A stretch of DNA of 63,453 nt, filler included, from Conidiobolus incongruus B7586 (Eukaryota): assembly GCA_000697335.1 (NCBI GenBank). It is 15 parts of 15 records of this genome, joined end to end, with 100 filler letters (N's around TTAATTAATTAA, not from the genome) between each part and the next. Parts side by side here need not be neighbours in the genome. Positions count along the whole stretch, not along the records: positions 1 to 3,907 come from JNEM01000579.1; positions 4,008 to 7,792 come from JNEM01000580.1; positions 7,893 to 11,279 come from JNEM01000581.1; positions 11,380 to 16,582 come from JNEM01000582.1; 11 more parts are not named here. The stretch is one strand, 5' to 3'. This document shows positions 1 through 12,206 of the stretch, in pieces. The notes below the pieces were generated by a model. It did no database searches, was not told the DNA's origin, and was given only the letters and a program-made list of their open reading frames with translations. The stretch's first letter is position 1. Every line of letters starts with the position of its first letter. Both the position numbers and the translations under genes were made by a program.

Positions 1-1565
1 ATTGATTTATAATAGATATTTAATGATTTTTAAATATTATTAATATAGTTTCAAATTATATATTAATTATATAATAATTATTAAATTTATAAAATTAGAT
101 TATATAAAAATTTTTATTTGAAAATAATTAGAAAATAACTCAAATTTAATATATTTATTAAATTATAACATATATGACTATAAATAATTAAAGCAAATAG
201 AAAGTAAATTATAAGAAGGGAAATTTTTATAAAAGATTTAATTGATATATAAATGATAAAACTTCAATATATAATAAAATAATTGAAATTTATATATTAG
301 AAATTTATTAAGATTATAACAAAAATTTATTAATAAAAAGAGAGTATTTATTTATAATATATATTTATCTATGTAAGTTATATATTAAATTCTGTATTAA
401 TTTTTATTTAAAGAAATTCTTATTATTTAAAATATAAAATAATAGAAATACCTGTAGAGTTTTATTTAAAGTTAATACATTAATTCAGTTCAAAAGTCAC
501 ATTTTTCAATTTAAATATTTAAACCTCATTATAGATTTATATATATTGATAATAAGTTAATTTAAATATAATATTATTTAATTAAGAGTTAAGAAATTAA
601 ATGGGATGTAATTAACATAATTTAATATAATATAATATTATCAGAAATTTTATATAAAAAATGAAATTAAAAGCAAAATTATTAAGATTAAATCTCAGTT
701 ATAATATAATTTTATTACGAATATCGATTTTAAGCGGTTATTAAAAATATTACAACTCAATTGATTCTATTAATATTTTAAAATTACAATTTTTAAATTT
801 TAAAAGGATCAACTATATATAATTATCAGAATCATTATATTATTTAAATGAATAAAAATATTTAAATTAATAACCAAAATGAAAAATTTATGAATGTATA
901 GATTAATGTGGAATATATTCCTATAACTTAATCAAATTTCCCTCAAAAGATAGTAATAAAATAATTTTGATTGATATTAGAAATCTAATATATTGAATTT
1001 ATTAATAGATTCAAATAAATTATAATACTGAATCTAATAATAAAAATTTATGTCAAATATTGAAAAGAATGCTATTTTAGTGTATTATAATATTAATTGT
1101 TTTTATATTGATTTATATTTTTAATCCATTCTAAAGATTATTATAACTTAAGTTTTTGACCTATATATATATTGAAAAAGATTTGAATGAAATTAAAATT
1201 TTATTCAGGCTATTGGAGAATATTTATCAATTTCTAAGTTACTTTATAAATTACTTCAATCGTAAGTTTTCAATATGATATTGATACTAAAAATGATGAA
1301 AAAGTTGAATTCAAAACTATCTAGAATCTCATACAATTATTTAGTTCAAGAAAAAAACGAAATACTAGAAGAGTAACAAACTTCAAATAAATTATGAATA
1401 TAGAAATTAAACACCTCAATAATTCTTCAAAAATAACCAAATCATTGGTACTTGGTAAAAATTTAGGTCTGAAATAAATTGAAAAATTTTGAAAAATTTA
1501 TTAAAATTATTGAGCGAATAAGAGAAAGAAGAAATGGCAGATTTAAAAGGTTGAGATGATGGAAA

Positions 1566-2241
1566 TCAATCATCTGAAGAAGAAGAAGAGGAAGTTGAGA
1601 TCGTAGTAAATAGGGGACGTTCCAAAATGAACATACCCTCCTTATACTTTTGACTCTCTTCAAATGCTCTTAACTAAATAAAAAATCAGGTTAGTCCCAT
1701 AATTTTGTAAATATTTTATAAAATACAAAATTATTGAAGATGATTGGGACTGGTGGTGGAAGTGGTAAGATGTATTAGTTGAGAAAATTTTAGAGGGATC
1801 CTGCCCTGACAGGATTTAATAAGAACCAATCAAATTCCTAGGTTGGATTCTATAACCAATAATTAATTTGTATTGTTACTTACATATTTCCACCCAAGTA
1901 CAGTTTCACAGCTAACGCAACTAATATCACACACAGTATGTAGTCCTGTCAGCATGTTGCGGTCCTCTGGAAGGCCTTCTAATACGTTAACTCTATTAAA
2001 TAAAGTTAATATATTCTTCAACAGCTATTTATTGTATTCTTAATTACACATGCTTAAATAAATAAGCTTGGCCGTGTTGACCATGAAAAGACTAAAAATT
2101 AAACAAATTAGTATATAATAATAAATAAATATTATTAATTACTTTTGAAATAATTTCGTCTCTCGTAGAAAGGTGAGTTTTGCAAGAGCAGCAAGCTAAA
2201 ACTCTACTACCTCTCAAATACTCTCTATAAATTAAACCCAT
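1566..2241 (-). CDS. Yippee/YPEL (Moh1-like) zinc-binding protein, 4 exons (2241-2143, 2091-2048, 1992-1884, 1673-1566)
   Basis: Manual splicing at GT..AG sites gives [106 protein letters not shown]...*. This has two CxxC pairs and the Yippee motifs FxGxxGxAYLF, LTGLHTV, LGWKY and SQKYKEG. Not in the ORF track. Confidence 0.93.
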
Positions 2242-3907
2242 TACCAAATATTTAAATTGAGATTTGGAATCTTATCAACAAATAGAAAAGAGATAAAAAG
2301 TAAAATGGAAAGAGTGTTTATCAAATAGCAGAAGCAGTAGAGAACAGAAGAAATAAAACTAATATAAATGAAAAGAGATTGAAGAATATAACTTTTATTG
2401 AAGTGGGAAAGGTAGTAGAGTTTTAGTACAATTAAAGAATATAAATTTCAATTAACCATAATTTCAGTTTTTAAAGGTTAGTTATCCCAGTCACATACAT
2501 AATCTTACAAACTCTATCAATTTTAATGAATTTTTTAAAGTGATTGGTTAATAAAAAGCTGAACTCCATTATTTTGAATGAATGATTTATTTGATTTGTC
2601 ACTAATTCCATCATTCTGAAGTGTAATTCGTCCTTCTTTTCCTCTCTTTTATCGTTCAATTTGTTATCTTTGTCAGTTTCACAAATTAAAAGGTTGTCTA
2701 ATCTGAAGAAATTGAATTGAACACTTTAAATACTTAAGAATGGCAAGAAAACACTAATTTATTAGTTTTTTTAAACAAATTATTTCAATCAATAGATAAT
2801 ATAAAATTTTTACTAGTTTATATATTTAATAATTTGCAAACGGTTGAATTAAATTCCAATAATTATTAAAAAATCTTATTCTCATAATTGACATTTTTAA
2901 TGAAACCCTCCAATTCATGTTTAATTGATCAAAAGGGGTCTTTGGCTGAACTCATGATGTAATCACTGTTTCAATCTCATAAATACTACTATTTAGTACA
3001 ATTTATATTTATAAATTATGTTGGTTATCTAGAGTAGGCTAATATACTCATAAAATTCCACCTAAATCATCAAATATTAAAGAATCTTCTTACTAATTCA
3101 CCATTTTTCTCAATTATTTTTTAATATTAATTCAAAGTATGCCAATATATCTAAACATCAAGAAAATTAAATTATCCAATCAGATATAGAATTTTGTTTG
3201 AGCGTGGTTATAATAAATTGAAGATAACAAATCAGTAATATCCAATTGTTAGAAAATGCTAATATTTATCATTTTTGAGAATATTTTTATCACATCAATA
3301 TAGTAATAAGTATTGCTCGATTTGGTTATATTACAAATCAAAAACTTTATTCTTAAATTATTAGATTGTAGATAGTGAAAAACAAAGTGATACAAAGTTC
3401 CCTGTATCATATAAATTGTTAATTTTCAATATAAAATAAAAAATTTAGTGTAGTAATTCCAATGAAAAATAATTGTTTTAAACTTAGTCTAATATGAATT
3501 ATTTTTAGCTATTACTAATAACTTGATTATTTTATTATGTTAAAAGATTCTATAACATTGATGTTAATTTTATTTTTTCTTGGAAAATATTTAATTTTTT
3601 TTTGAAACATTTGAATTATTATTGGAATATTATAATTAATATAAATATAAAAATTATATCATATATAATAATTATATTTTAATCCAATATAAGATCATTT
3701 AATTAAAAATAAAAACTTATACTATAGATAAAAATAATAAATTCTATTTTAATAACTTTATAAAAAGTTAAATATAAATATAACTAATATAATATAAATA
3801 TATTTATTTTAGCAATAAAAATAGCAATTTTTTAATTTTAAACTTTTTAAATATTATGTTAAATTTAAAAAATAAATAAATTAATTAAAAATTTCAATTA
3901 TATATAT

Positions 3908-4007
3908 NNNNNNNNNNNNNNNNNNNNNNNNNNNNNNNNNNNNNNNNNNNNTTAATTAATTAANNNNNNNNNNNNNNNNNNNNNNNNNNNNNNNNNNNNN
4001 NNNNNNN
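3908..4007. other. Artificial contig linker (44N-TTAATTAATTAA-44N), first of 14 copies
   Basis: The same 100-bp spacer, with stops in all six frames, also occurs at 7793-7892, 11280-11379, 16583-16682, 21353-21452, 26023-26122, 29293-29392, 34342-34441, 39388-39487, 44481-44580, 48876-48975, 53817-53916, 57587-57686 and 60330-60429. Confidence 0.98.
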
Positions 4008-4390
4008 ATTAACTAGAATATAAATATGATTAATAAAATTAAATTATTAAAATAATATATCTAATAATTTTAATTTAATTATAAATTAATTTATATTATT
4101 TATTTTTATAAATATTATCTTAAAATTAAATTAATTGGAAATTTTTTGATTTTTAATTTTTCAAGTATATTATTAGTTTTAAATTAACAAAATTATATAA
4201 AATTAATTTAAAATTATATATTTTTAAATTATACTAACTTATAAAAATAAGTTATAAAATCAAAAGCATTTATACTTCTAATAATAACTCAATTAATATT
4301 TAATAAAATAAGCTTAAATTATATAATTAAAGTTATATATATTTATTAATAGTATATATTATTAAATAATAATATTTAGTTATTAGTTAG

Positions 4391-4591
4391 TATCACAGAT
4401 TTATAACCATTTTTAGAGTTCCTATAAATCATAACACAAATCATTCTCCTATAAATAATTAGACAATATAACCTTCTACAGGTGGTGGACTCTAGTGTAG
4501 TTAGTCTATTGATCAACCTTTCTTGGTTTAACTTCCTCTACACCCTGACTCTACTCTATTAGTCTAATAAATCTAGTAAGTATCTAGTATA
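4391..4591 (+). repeat. 5' LTR
   Basis: Aligns without gaps to 7012-7212. Followed by TAGTAGTAGTGAGG, possibly a mutated TGG-type primer-binding site (inference). Confidence 0.9.
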
Positions 4592-4799
4592 TAGTAGTAG
4601 TGAGGTTACTACATTCCTCTTAATTTTTATCTAGTCTAGATATTTTCCTTAGTCTTATATCTTGTTAGTTCTTGTTTTATATTCTTGTTTTTCTCTTGTT
4701 TTCTGTTTTTTTTACTTATCCTGTTCTCTGTTTCTTGTACCCTAGTCTAATTTTACTAGTATTATAACCTGTGATTATAACTCTCTTGGAAGAATTTAT

Positions 4800-5520
4800 T
4801 GATGCTTAAGATATAACCACTTAGCAACTCTAATTTATCACACTTGGGGATTTGATTAATAAAGATGATAGTTTAAATGAACTTTTCTTCAGAATAGATT
4901 GCTTAAATCAAGCTTGTATACTCTAAGAGTTGGTGAACCAACATCATTCTCCTCTTACTCTTCAAAAACTAATCAATCTAAATTATAGTGAAACTCCTAT
5001 TCAAAAGGTCTTCTATGAAAATCTAAAACAGTTTGATAGTGAACACTCTCTACCTAAATTTAATATATATGAATTGTTATTCTGAGACTATTTCCAACAT
5101 TGTTAGTTTAACAAAAACAACAAGATAAGTATCATTGTCTCTTATTTAACTAATACTGTAAAAGATTGGTGGGACAAAGATAATTGAAATAATCCTAGAT
5201 TATCCTCTGATGAATAGCTTGTTAAATGTATTATCTCTTTTAACATGTTGATTTCCTAGTTAAGATCTTTCTTCACTCTAGTTGCTAGCATCCCTAAAAA
5301 TTTTTTGAAACTTATTCATATGAAACAAACTAGTTCTGTTGATAGTTTTATTAATGCTTTAAGATATGTTGAGATTTAATTACCACCTATTTCAGAATAT
5401 CAATATAATATTATTTTCTTAGAAGGACTTAAACTGCATATCATTAACCTATTAGCATCTTAAATCAATATCAAACTTAATAGATTTGAAGATATATATA
5501 GCAAAGCATTGTTGATCAAA
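4800..5520 (+). pseudogene. Retrotransposon gag remnant (boundaries approximate)
   Basis: Stop-interrupted translation includes KQFDSE...IVSYLTNTVKDWWDK and MKQTSSVDSFINALRY...IFLEGLK, resembling a Ty3/gypsy capsid and major homology region. Confidence 0.7.
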
Positions 5521-5689
5521 AACACTATATGCCTTAACTAACATTTAAACTAGATACTAGATAATTACATTTGTAACTTGAATACTTCTACCCTAGCTTA
5601 TATAAAATATTATTCATATAACAATAACCTATTTTATTATAATTTATATATCTACATTCTTAATATCCTAAGCATTAAATTACAACTGT

Positions 5690-6963
5690 TAAACCTTTAT
5701 TATAACTCTATTATTTCAGGTTATCAAGGTTAGCTTTATACATACCATAAATTCTCTTATAACTTCTACTAGTTTAATATAGAAAAAGATGTACAGAAGT
5801 ACATTTGCTCTTGTAATCAATGTTAAATCAACAAACTTCTCAATCAATTCCCTTTTAGTAATCTTAATCCATTACCTGTTCCCTAAACTTATTAGTTTAA
5901 TATCACTATGGATTTCACTAAAGCACCACAAACCCCAGATGGTTTCAACTGTGTTCTTGTCATCACAGATTGTTTGACAAAAATAGTACACTTTATACTA
6001 ACTAATAAGAAAGCTAACTCAGAAACTATCACTGAATTATTTATTAAGAATATCATTAGATATCATAGGCTCCCATTAACTATCATAACAAATCATGATA
6101 CAAAATTTATAAGTAAATTCTGGTCTTTACTTATAAAATTGCTAGGTTGTCAACACAACCTTATAACCTCTTGTCATCAATAATCTGATGGTTAATCTGA
6201 ATAAGCAATTTGTGTCTTAAAAGAAACACTTAGATCTTACCTTGATTATAACATAGAAAATTAGGTTAAAAATTTACCTCTATTTGAATTTGTTTTTAAT
6301 GATTCAGTTAACTTATCTATCAGTATAACACTATTTTACTTGAATTATAACTAACATCCTACTTCAATTGTAAATATAACATCTGATATTAATATTTTAT
6401 CTAATGTTATAGACTTCACAAAGCATATGTATTCTTTATTATCTGTAGCTTAAAACTATATCTTCTCTATCTTAGATAAACAAGCTTATTATTATAATTT
6501 AAATACCTAACCCACTTTAACTTTATCTTTTAGTACTTTAGTACTATTATCTTCAGATAGAATTAATCTGCCTTAAAACTCTAGTTAACTTATTAACAAA
6601 TTGTTACTTAAATGGTTGAGACTTTATTTTATTAAAGATAAAAAACTACATCTAGATACATATGAATTAATCTTGCCTCTTGACTTACAAATTCACCTTG
6701 TTTTCTATATAAAGCTGTTAAAGTTATATTAAGATCCTAGAGAATATTTTCCTGAATGTACCATATACTCCTTACCCCCTCCTTTCAACTTACAATATAA
6801 GATATATGTTGTTGATAAAATTATAACTTATAAAAACTGTTAAAATCAAGATAAATACCTTATACACTAGCAAGGTTATTTTTCCAATGAAGTTACTTGG
6901 GAGAATAAAGAAAATGTTAAATATCTTAAAGCTTTTAGAAAATTTCTTAGTAAACAATCATAA
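5690..6963 (+). pseudogene. Retrotransposon integrase with C-terminal chromodomain, disrupted
   Basis: HHCC remnant (..SGYQG...VQKYICSCNQC), core ISMDF-like MDF...VLVITDCLTKIVHF...IITNHDTKFISKFW, H-Q-*-S-D-G-*-S-E-* (canonical HPQSDGQSER), and chromodomain YVVDKII...YLIH*QGY...VTWE at about 6800-6960. Confidence 0.9.
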
Positions 6964-7011
6964 TCATTTTAAAGAGAGACTTTACTTTGTTAAAGTAAAG
7001 TTTAAGAGGAG

Positions 7012-7212
7012 TGTTACAGATTCATAACTATTCTTAGAATTCCTATAAATCATAATGTGAATTATTCTCCTATAAATAATTAGACAATATAACCTTCTAC
7101 AGGTGGTAGACTCTAGTATACTTAGTCTATTAATCAACCTTTTTTGGTTTAGCTTTCTTTACACCCTAACTCTACTATATTAGTTTAATAAATCTAGTAA
7201 GTATCTAGTATA
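7012..7212 (+). repeat. 3' LTR
   Basis: Starts with TGTTACA, is preceded by the purine tract and followed by the TSD GTTAG. About 22 substitutions relative to the 5' LTR. Confidence 0.9.
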
Positions 7213-10200
7213 GTTAGTTAAGATATTATTTTTTAAATTTTATTTAAGATAAGTTATAAATTTATAGGTTTTTAGGGATAAAAAAAATTAAAACTTAGTA
7301 TATTTATCTTTAGTTTTTTTAACTTCTTTAAGTTTATAAGGTTTAACATCAATTAACTTCTTATATTAAAAAAGGTTAATTATATTCTATGCTACTTAAA
7401 AATATTTTTAAAGCTAAATCAAATTTTTTATTAAGAAGAAAACTTTAATAACTTTTTTTAATTAATCTTAAAAATATTTAATTAAATTAAAATTAAAAAA
7501 TTAAAGAAGTTACCTTATAATTATCATTTTATTATATTTAAGCTATATAATAAAAGAAGTTATAATATAATAAAAGGTATTATCTTATTGGAAAATAAAT
7601 ATAAATTTGTTTAACTTATATTATTCAATAGTTTTTTTTCAATATATTATTTAGAATACTTTAATATATTCTAATATTAATTCACCTATTAACTTTATAA
7701 AACTATTTTATATTTAAAAATAATATTTATTTTTAAATAATAATTAATTTATTATTATATTTTTAGGTAAAATTAATATAATAATTATAAAANNNNNNNN
7801 NNNNNNNNNNNNNNNNNNNNNNNNNNNNNNNNNNNNTTAATTAATTAANNNNNNNNNNNNNNNNNNNNNNNNNNNNNNNNNNNNNNNNNNNNTATTTGAT
7901 ATATCAAAAGCTTCATCAAATTAAATAATTAAAACTCAAATGATATAGATGATTTTTAAAAGTAAAGGATATTAATTAATTAATATGATTATAATCATTT
8001 TACTCAATCAAATTATATGAAATATTTTGTTATATAGTTTATATTATTTTTGAAATGATTAATATAACTGGCTAACATAATAAAGCTTTAAACTTAAATA
8101 AATATAATATTTATATTAGATATAATAAATACTAAAGGTATATGGTTTATATAGGTATTAAAAATATTATAAGCTCTTTTATAATAAAAAATTAAAATTA
8201 AAAAAAAACTTTAGTTGATATATTCTACATGGATATTATAGATACTATTTATAATCTTGTTTAAATCTCAATATTTTGTTTGATGAGTCAAATGTTAATT
8301 AAAAAAACATAACTTTATATTAAATATAAACATATATATGCCTTTTGAATATATTAAAATATATTATTTACAAAATATCCAAGGCATTATATATCATTAT
8401 GATTTCTTCTGGATTATATTCGAAAATTTATTTTTATCATTTGACACAAAAAATCGATATATAAAGAAATAAAATTTATTGATAGGCTTAAAAAAATAAA
8501 ACCAAATAATTAACATTAATCATTTTTTCATTGAACCATAAATATTGATGGAAAAGTGTAAAAAACAAAATATTAATAATAATACTTACAAATTACAGCA
8601 AAATTTTATTAAATAATATTATAAATTCTAATTTAAGTATAATAATTTTATAATTCATTGAATAATTACTCAAATATATTCAATATTAAAAATTGACATT
8701 ATTTATTAATTATTATCAAATACTCTCTGATTATTTCTATTTTTAGAATCTGACCATAGATTATCAATTGTCCACCATATTTCATAATATATTCATGGTT
8801 TTTACAACAAAATGGGTAAATATGTTTTGAATGTTTTTATCATTAACGATTTAAAATCAAAAGATTAAAACATTTTCTAGAAGGTTGCCAAAATTGGTAA
8901 ATACATATAGAATTTCAAGATTATAGTTGTTTTTATATATCTTCCCAATGGTGTATCGTTAATAATCTTGCTATTTCCTCCTAATTGCCATATATGTCAA
9001 AATAAAAAAACAAAAAGTAATATAATTCTATACTTCTTTCAGTTATTAAGCTATAAATAAGTATATTATGGCTCAATCAAAAAGGAATAGTTATCATAAT
9101 TTCACACAGTTAAATAAAATCAATGTGATTTTAATGTATATTTTTAATCATTAGAAAATATGTAACCTTACAATAAATAATTATAACAGGTTACGCCCCT
9201 ACTATTAATGTTATCCGAAGCTATAAGCGATAAAATAGTGGAAAAAAGCAGGGGTTAATTTTAAATTTGTTAAAAAGAAAATTAATGTAAATAAGATACT
9301 AGTTAATTTCTTGAGCATTATTTAAATAAAATTCTATGATTTAGCTACTCTCGAACTTTACAATATCCAATTTGGAATTATTTCAGAATCAAAAAGGATC
9401 TATTATCTAATATTACTATCCTCATCAACAATAGTTAAAAAATAACTATTCATATTATTAATGACGATAAATTCAAGTTGATAAAAGATTGATTGAAATA
9501 GCAAATTTATTGAAATACTTTATTGAAAATAAATTTAATTGTTAACACCAAAAGCTCTAATTATAACAACCGATTCATAGCAATTAAAATCATGTTATTT
9601 CATATCAACTTATAAACTATAGGTTTATTGAATAAAATTCAAGCAATTTTTTAATTAATTGATTCTATCAGTTACAAAATTGATTTTAATAACCGAGTTG
9701 ATAATATTTTAGAACCAACATTGCAAAATTTTGTTTGATTCCAAAATCAAAGTAATTTCCATAATAAATTGATCCAAATTTATTCAAATGTTTAATGAAA
9801 AAATTAGAATCATCACATTTGATTGATTTTCATATAGGTAATTATAAAAAATGAGATATGAGCCTATCTATATATAGGAATCTGTTCATTTATACTTGAA
9901 TCATCCTTTAAATATTTCAGACTTTGTTTTTTCAAAATAATTAATATTTACACTATATTATAATTGAACGCAATTTATCTTTCTATGGAAATACCAAATA
10001 TTTAACGGCCCTATGTTTCTATCCAAATCGGATTCGATGTGATACAAAAACCTCATCAAAGTTATAACTTACACAAATTTAAACATTATCAATTTCGATA
10101 ATGTATACTTTTGAACAATCGATTACATTAATTATTAATTTCAAATTATTAAATATTGTGTAATATATTGTATGCTGATCACAATTCATTAAAATTTCAA

Positions 10201-10571
10201 GTACTATTATAAAATATATAATGAAATATATTGATAAATGATGACTGGGTTAATTTTCATATTATCGGATACAATTCCTTGACAAACAAGATAATGAAAA
10301 TTTTGGATGATACAATAGAACTGAAATGAATAAAAGTTTTTAAATTATTATATCCGATTTCCTAATAAAATAATTTATTTAAAAAATAATAAGTATGTGA
10401 ATACCAAAATAAGGGGGTAATAAATGAAGAAATATTGATATAAAAGGACTCTTATGATAAGGTTTTAAATTTAAACTTTATAATATTGTATTTGAATATT
10501 TTTACTTTTGAAATTATAAATTTATATTTTGCTCGATATTGCTAAATTCTATAACCTAGGATCCTTTAAAA

Positions 10572-11279
10572 ATGAAAAATTTATACCTACTGATCACTAT
10601 ATTTACTTTAATGCCTAGTTGGAATTGTTATGAATTTGATGGTCCAGTTCCTCAACTGCAGAACCCATATATATATGAAGATTATTACAGCACTTCTGAA
10701 TCATCATGTATTTTAACTAGAAACGATAATCCATATTTTCCTGAAATACCACCAAATGCTCCAAGCATTAGAAATTGTGAGAGTTATGAAACTAGCTACA
10801 AGAGAATCGCTTTACCTCGTAATGTGCTTCCAATTTGTGGATTTGAACCAACATGGTATAATATTACTGCCAAATTATATAAGGATCTAATTTCGAATGG
10901 CTTTCGGAGGGGTAATTCCACTTACGAAAATTATAAAAAAGAATGCTTGAAGGAACTTCCATCATTCAGCAAGGCTACAGTATCTGAAATGTATGGCATT
11001 GATATCCACGACTTTATCTGTCTTCGTTATAGTGAACATTATACTATGGGCTATGGGTTGGATACAGGCATTCAGGAAGTTACTCGTAATTTAGAATCGA
11101 TTATTGCTCAAAATTTGAAATCTAAGCATGCAAAGTTAATGGCCAATATTATCTTAACTACAGGATGTGTTGGAGTTAACAAAAATGGGTGTATCCATAA
11201 TTTCAATCGCATACTGAAAGAAAAAGACAATTCCTTCATCAATTTATTGGGTTTTAAGATTGATGAGTGTAAACCTACA
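10572..11279 (+). CDS. Putative secreted Cys-containing protein of unknown family, 3'-truncated by gap
   Basis: Open frame of 236 codons running into the linker, with a hydrophobic N-terminus MKNLYLLITIFTLMPSWNC, several Cys and coding-like GC. Confidence 0.7.
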
Positions 11280-12206
11280 NNNNNNNNNNNNNNNNNNNNN
11301 NNNNNNNNNNNNNNNNNNNNNNNTTAATTAATTAANNNNNNNNNNNNNNNNNNNNNNNNNNNNNNNNNNNNNNNNNNNNAATCACATATATATTTGAAAT
11401 TTATTAAATATACTAAAAGATTATTATAAGTTATTTATAATTTTATTAGAATTATTCTTTAATTTAAAAAATCCATTGAAGCATTATATATTTAGTTGCA
11501 TTGATAATAAAAATTATATTGATATATTAAATTATTAATTATAATATTGAAATTGGCAAATTTTAATAATTTTATCATTTATAAGTATTGGAAATGAACC
11601 AAATAAGATCATTATATCACTTCATTTTTTATTATTTAAATTATTATAAAAGTAATAATATGAAAATCTATAAATTTCTATAATCTAATTATATAAAAAT
11701 TTGATTAATTTACCAATATAAATTCAAAATAATTTTATTAACAATATCACAACTAAGTTTTAAAATATAGTATATATTATGCGTTTTGGACATATGTTTC
11801 AAATATTAGTTTTTAATTACTAGGATTTATATTATTAAGATTAATACTAATTAGTTTTAAACTATTAATTTTATGATCTTTGGTATATCAGCTAATTTAA
11901 GTAAGTAGTTTAAGTAAAATTGAGAATAAAAGAAAAAAAAGATAATCATTATTCAAATTATAAAAAATCATTGATCAGTCGTTGTTGGATATATAATAGC
12001 TTTGCATTAAATTTCTAGTATCATAGTAATCCAAAAGACGATTATTAATAGTATATCCTAAAAATGAGATGAAAGTTGAAACGATTAATTTTATTTTGGC
12101 TAAAAATTGAGTAACTATTAAAAATCATTGATAGGCAATGTTAAATAACCAAAATAAATGATTGTGGTGTAAATTTGAATTATTTGAGTAAGGATATGAC
12201 TGATTT

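Larger units (their letters stand above)
4391..7212 (+). mobile_element. Degenerate, internally deleted Ty3/gypsy (chromovirus) LTR retrotransposon
   Basis: Two 201-bp LTRs, a flanking 5-bp direct repeat GTTAG (4386-4390, 7213-7217), a purine tract AAGAGGAG before the 3' LTR, and gag, integrase and chromodomain remnants with many stops. No protease, RT or RNase H is recognisable. Confidence 0.92.

Noticed and set aside
1463..1663. 66-aa minus-strand ORF
   Set aside because: Out-of-frame overlap with the last Yippee exon and its 3' UTR.
3952..3963. Recurrent TTAATTAATTAA palindrome as a biological repeat or CRISPR-like array
   Set aside because: Always centred in exactly 44+44 Ns. It is an assembly linker with stops in all frames.
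5789..6183. Two ORFs as functional genes
   Set aside because: One is a stop-bounded fragment of the dead integrase and the other is an alternative frame of it.
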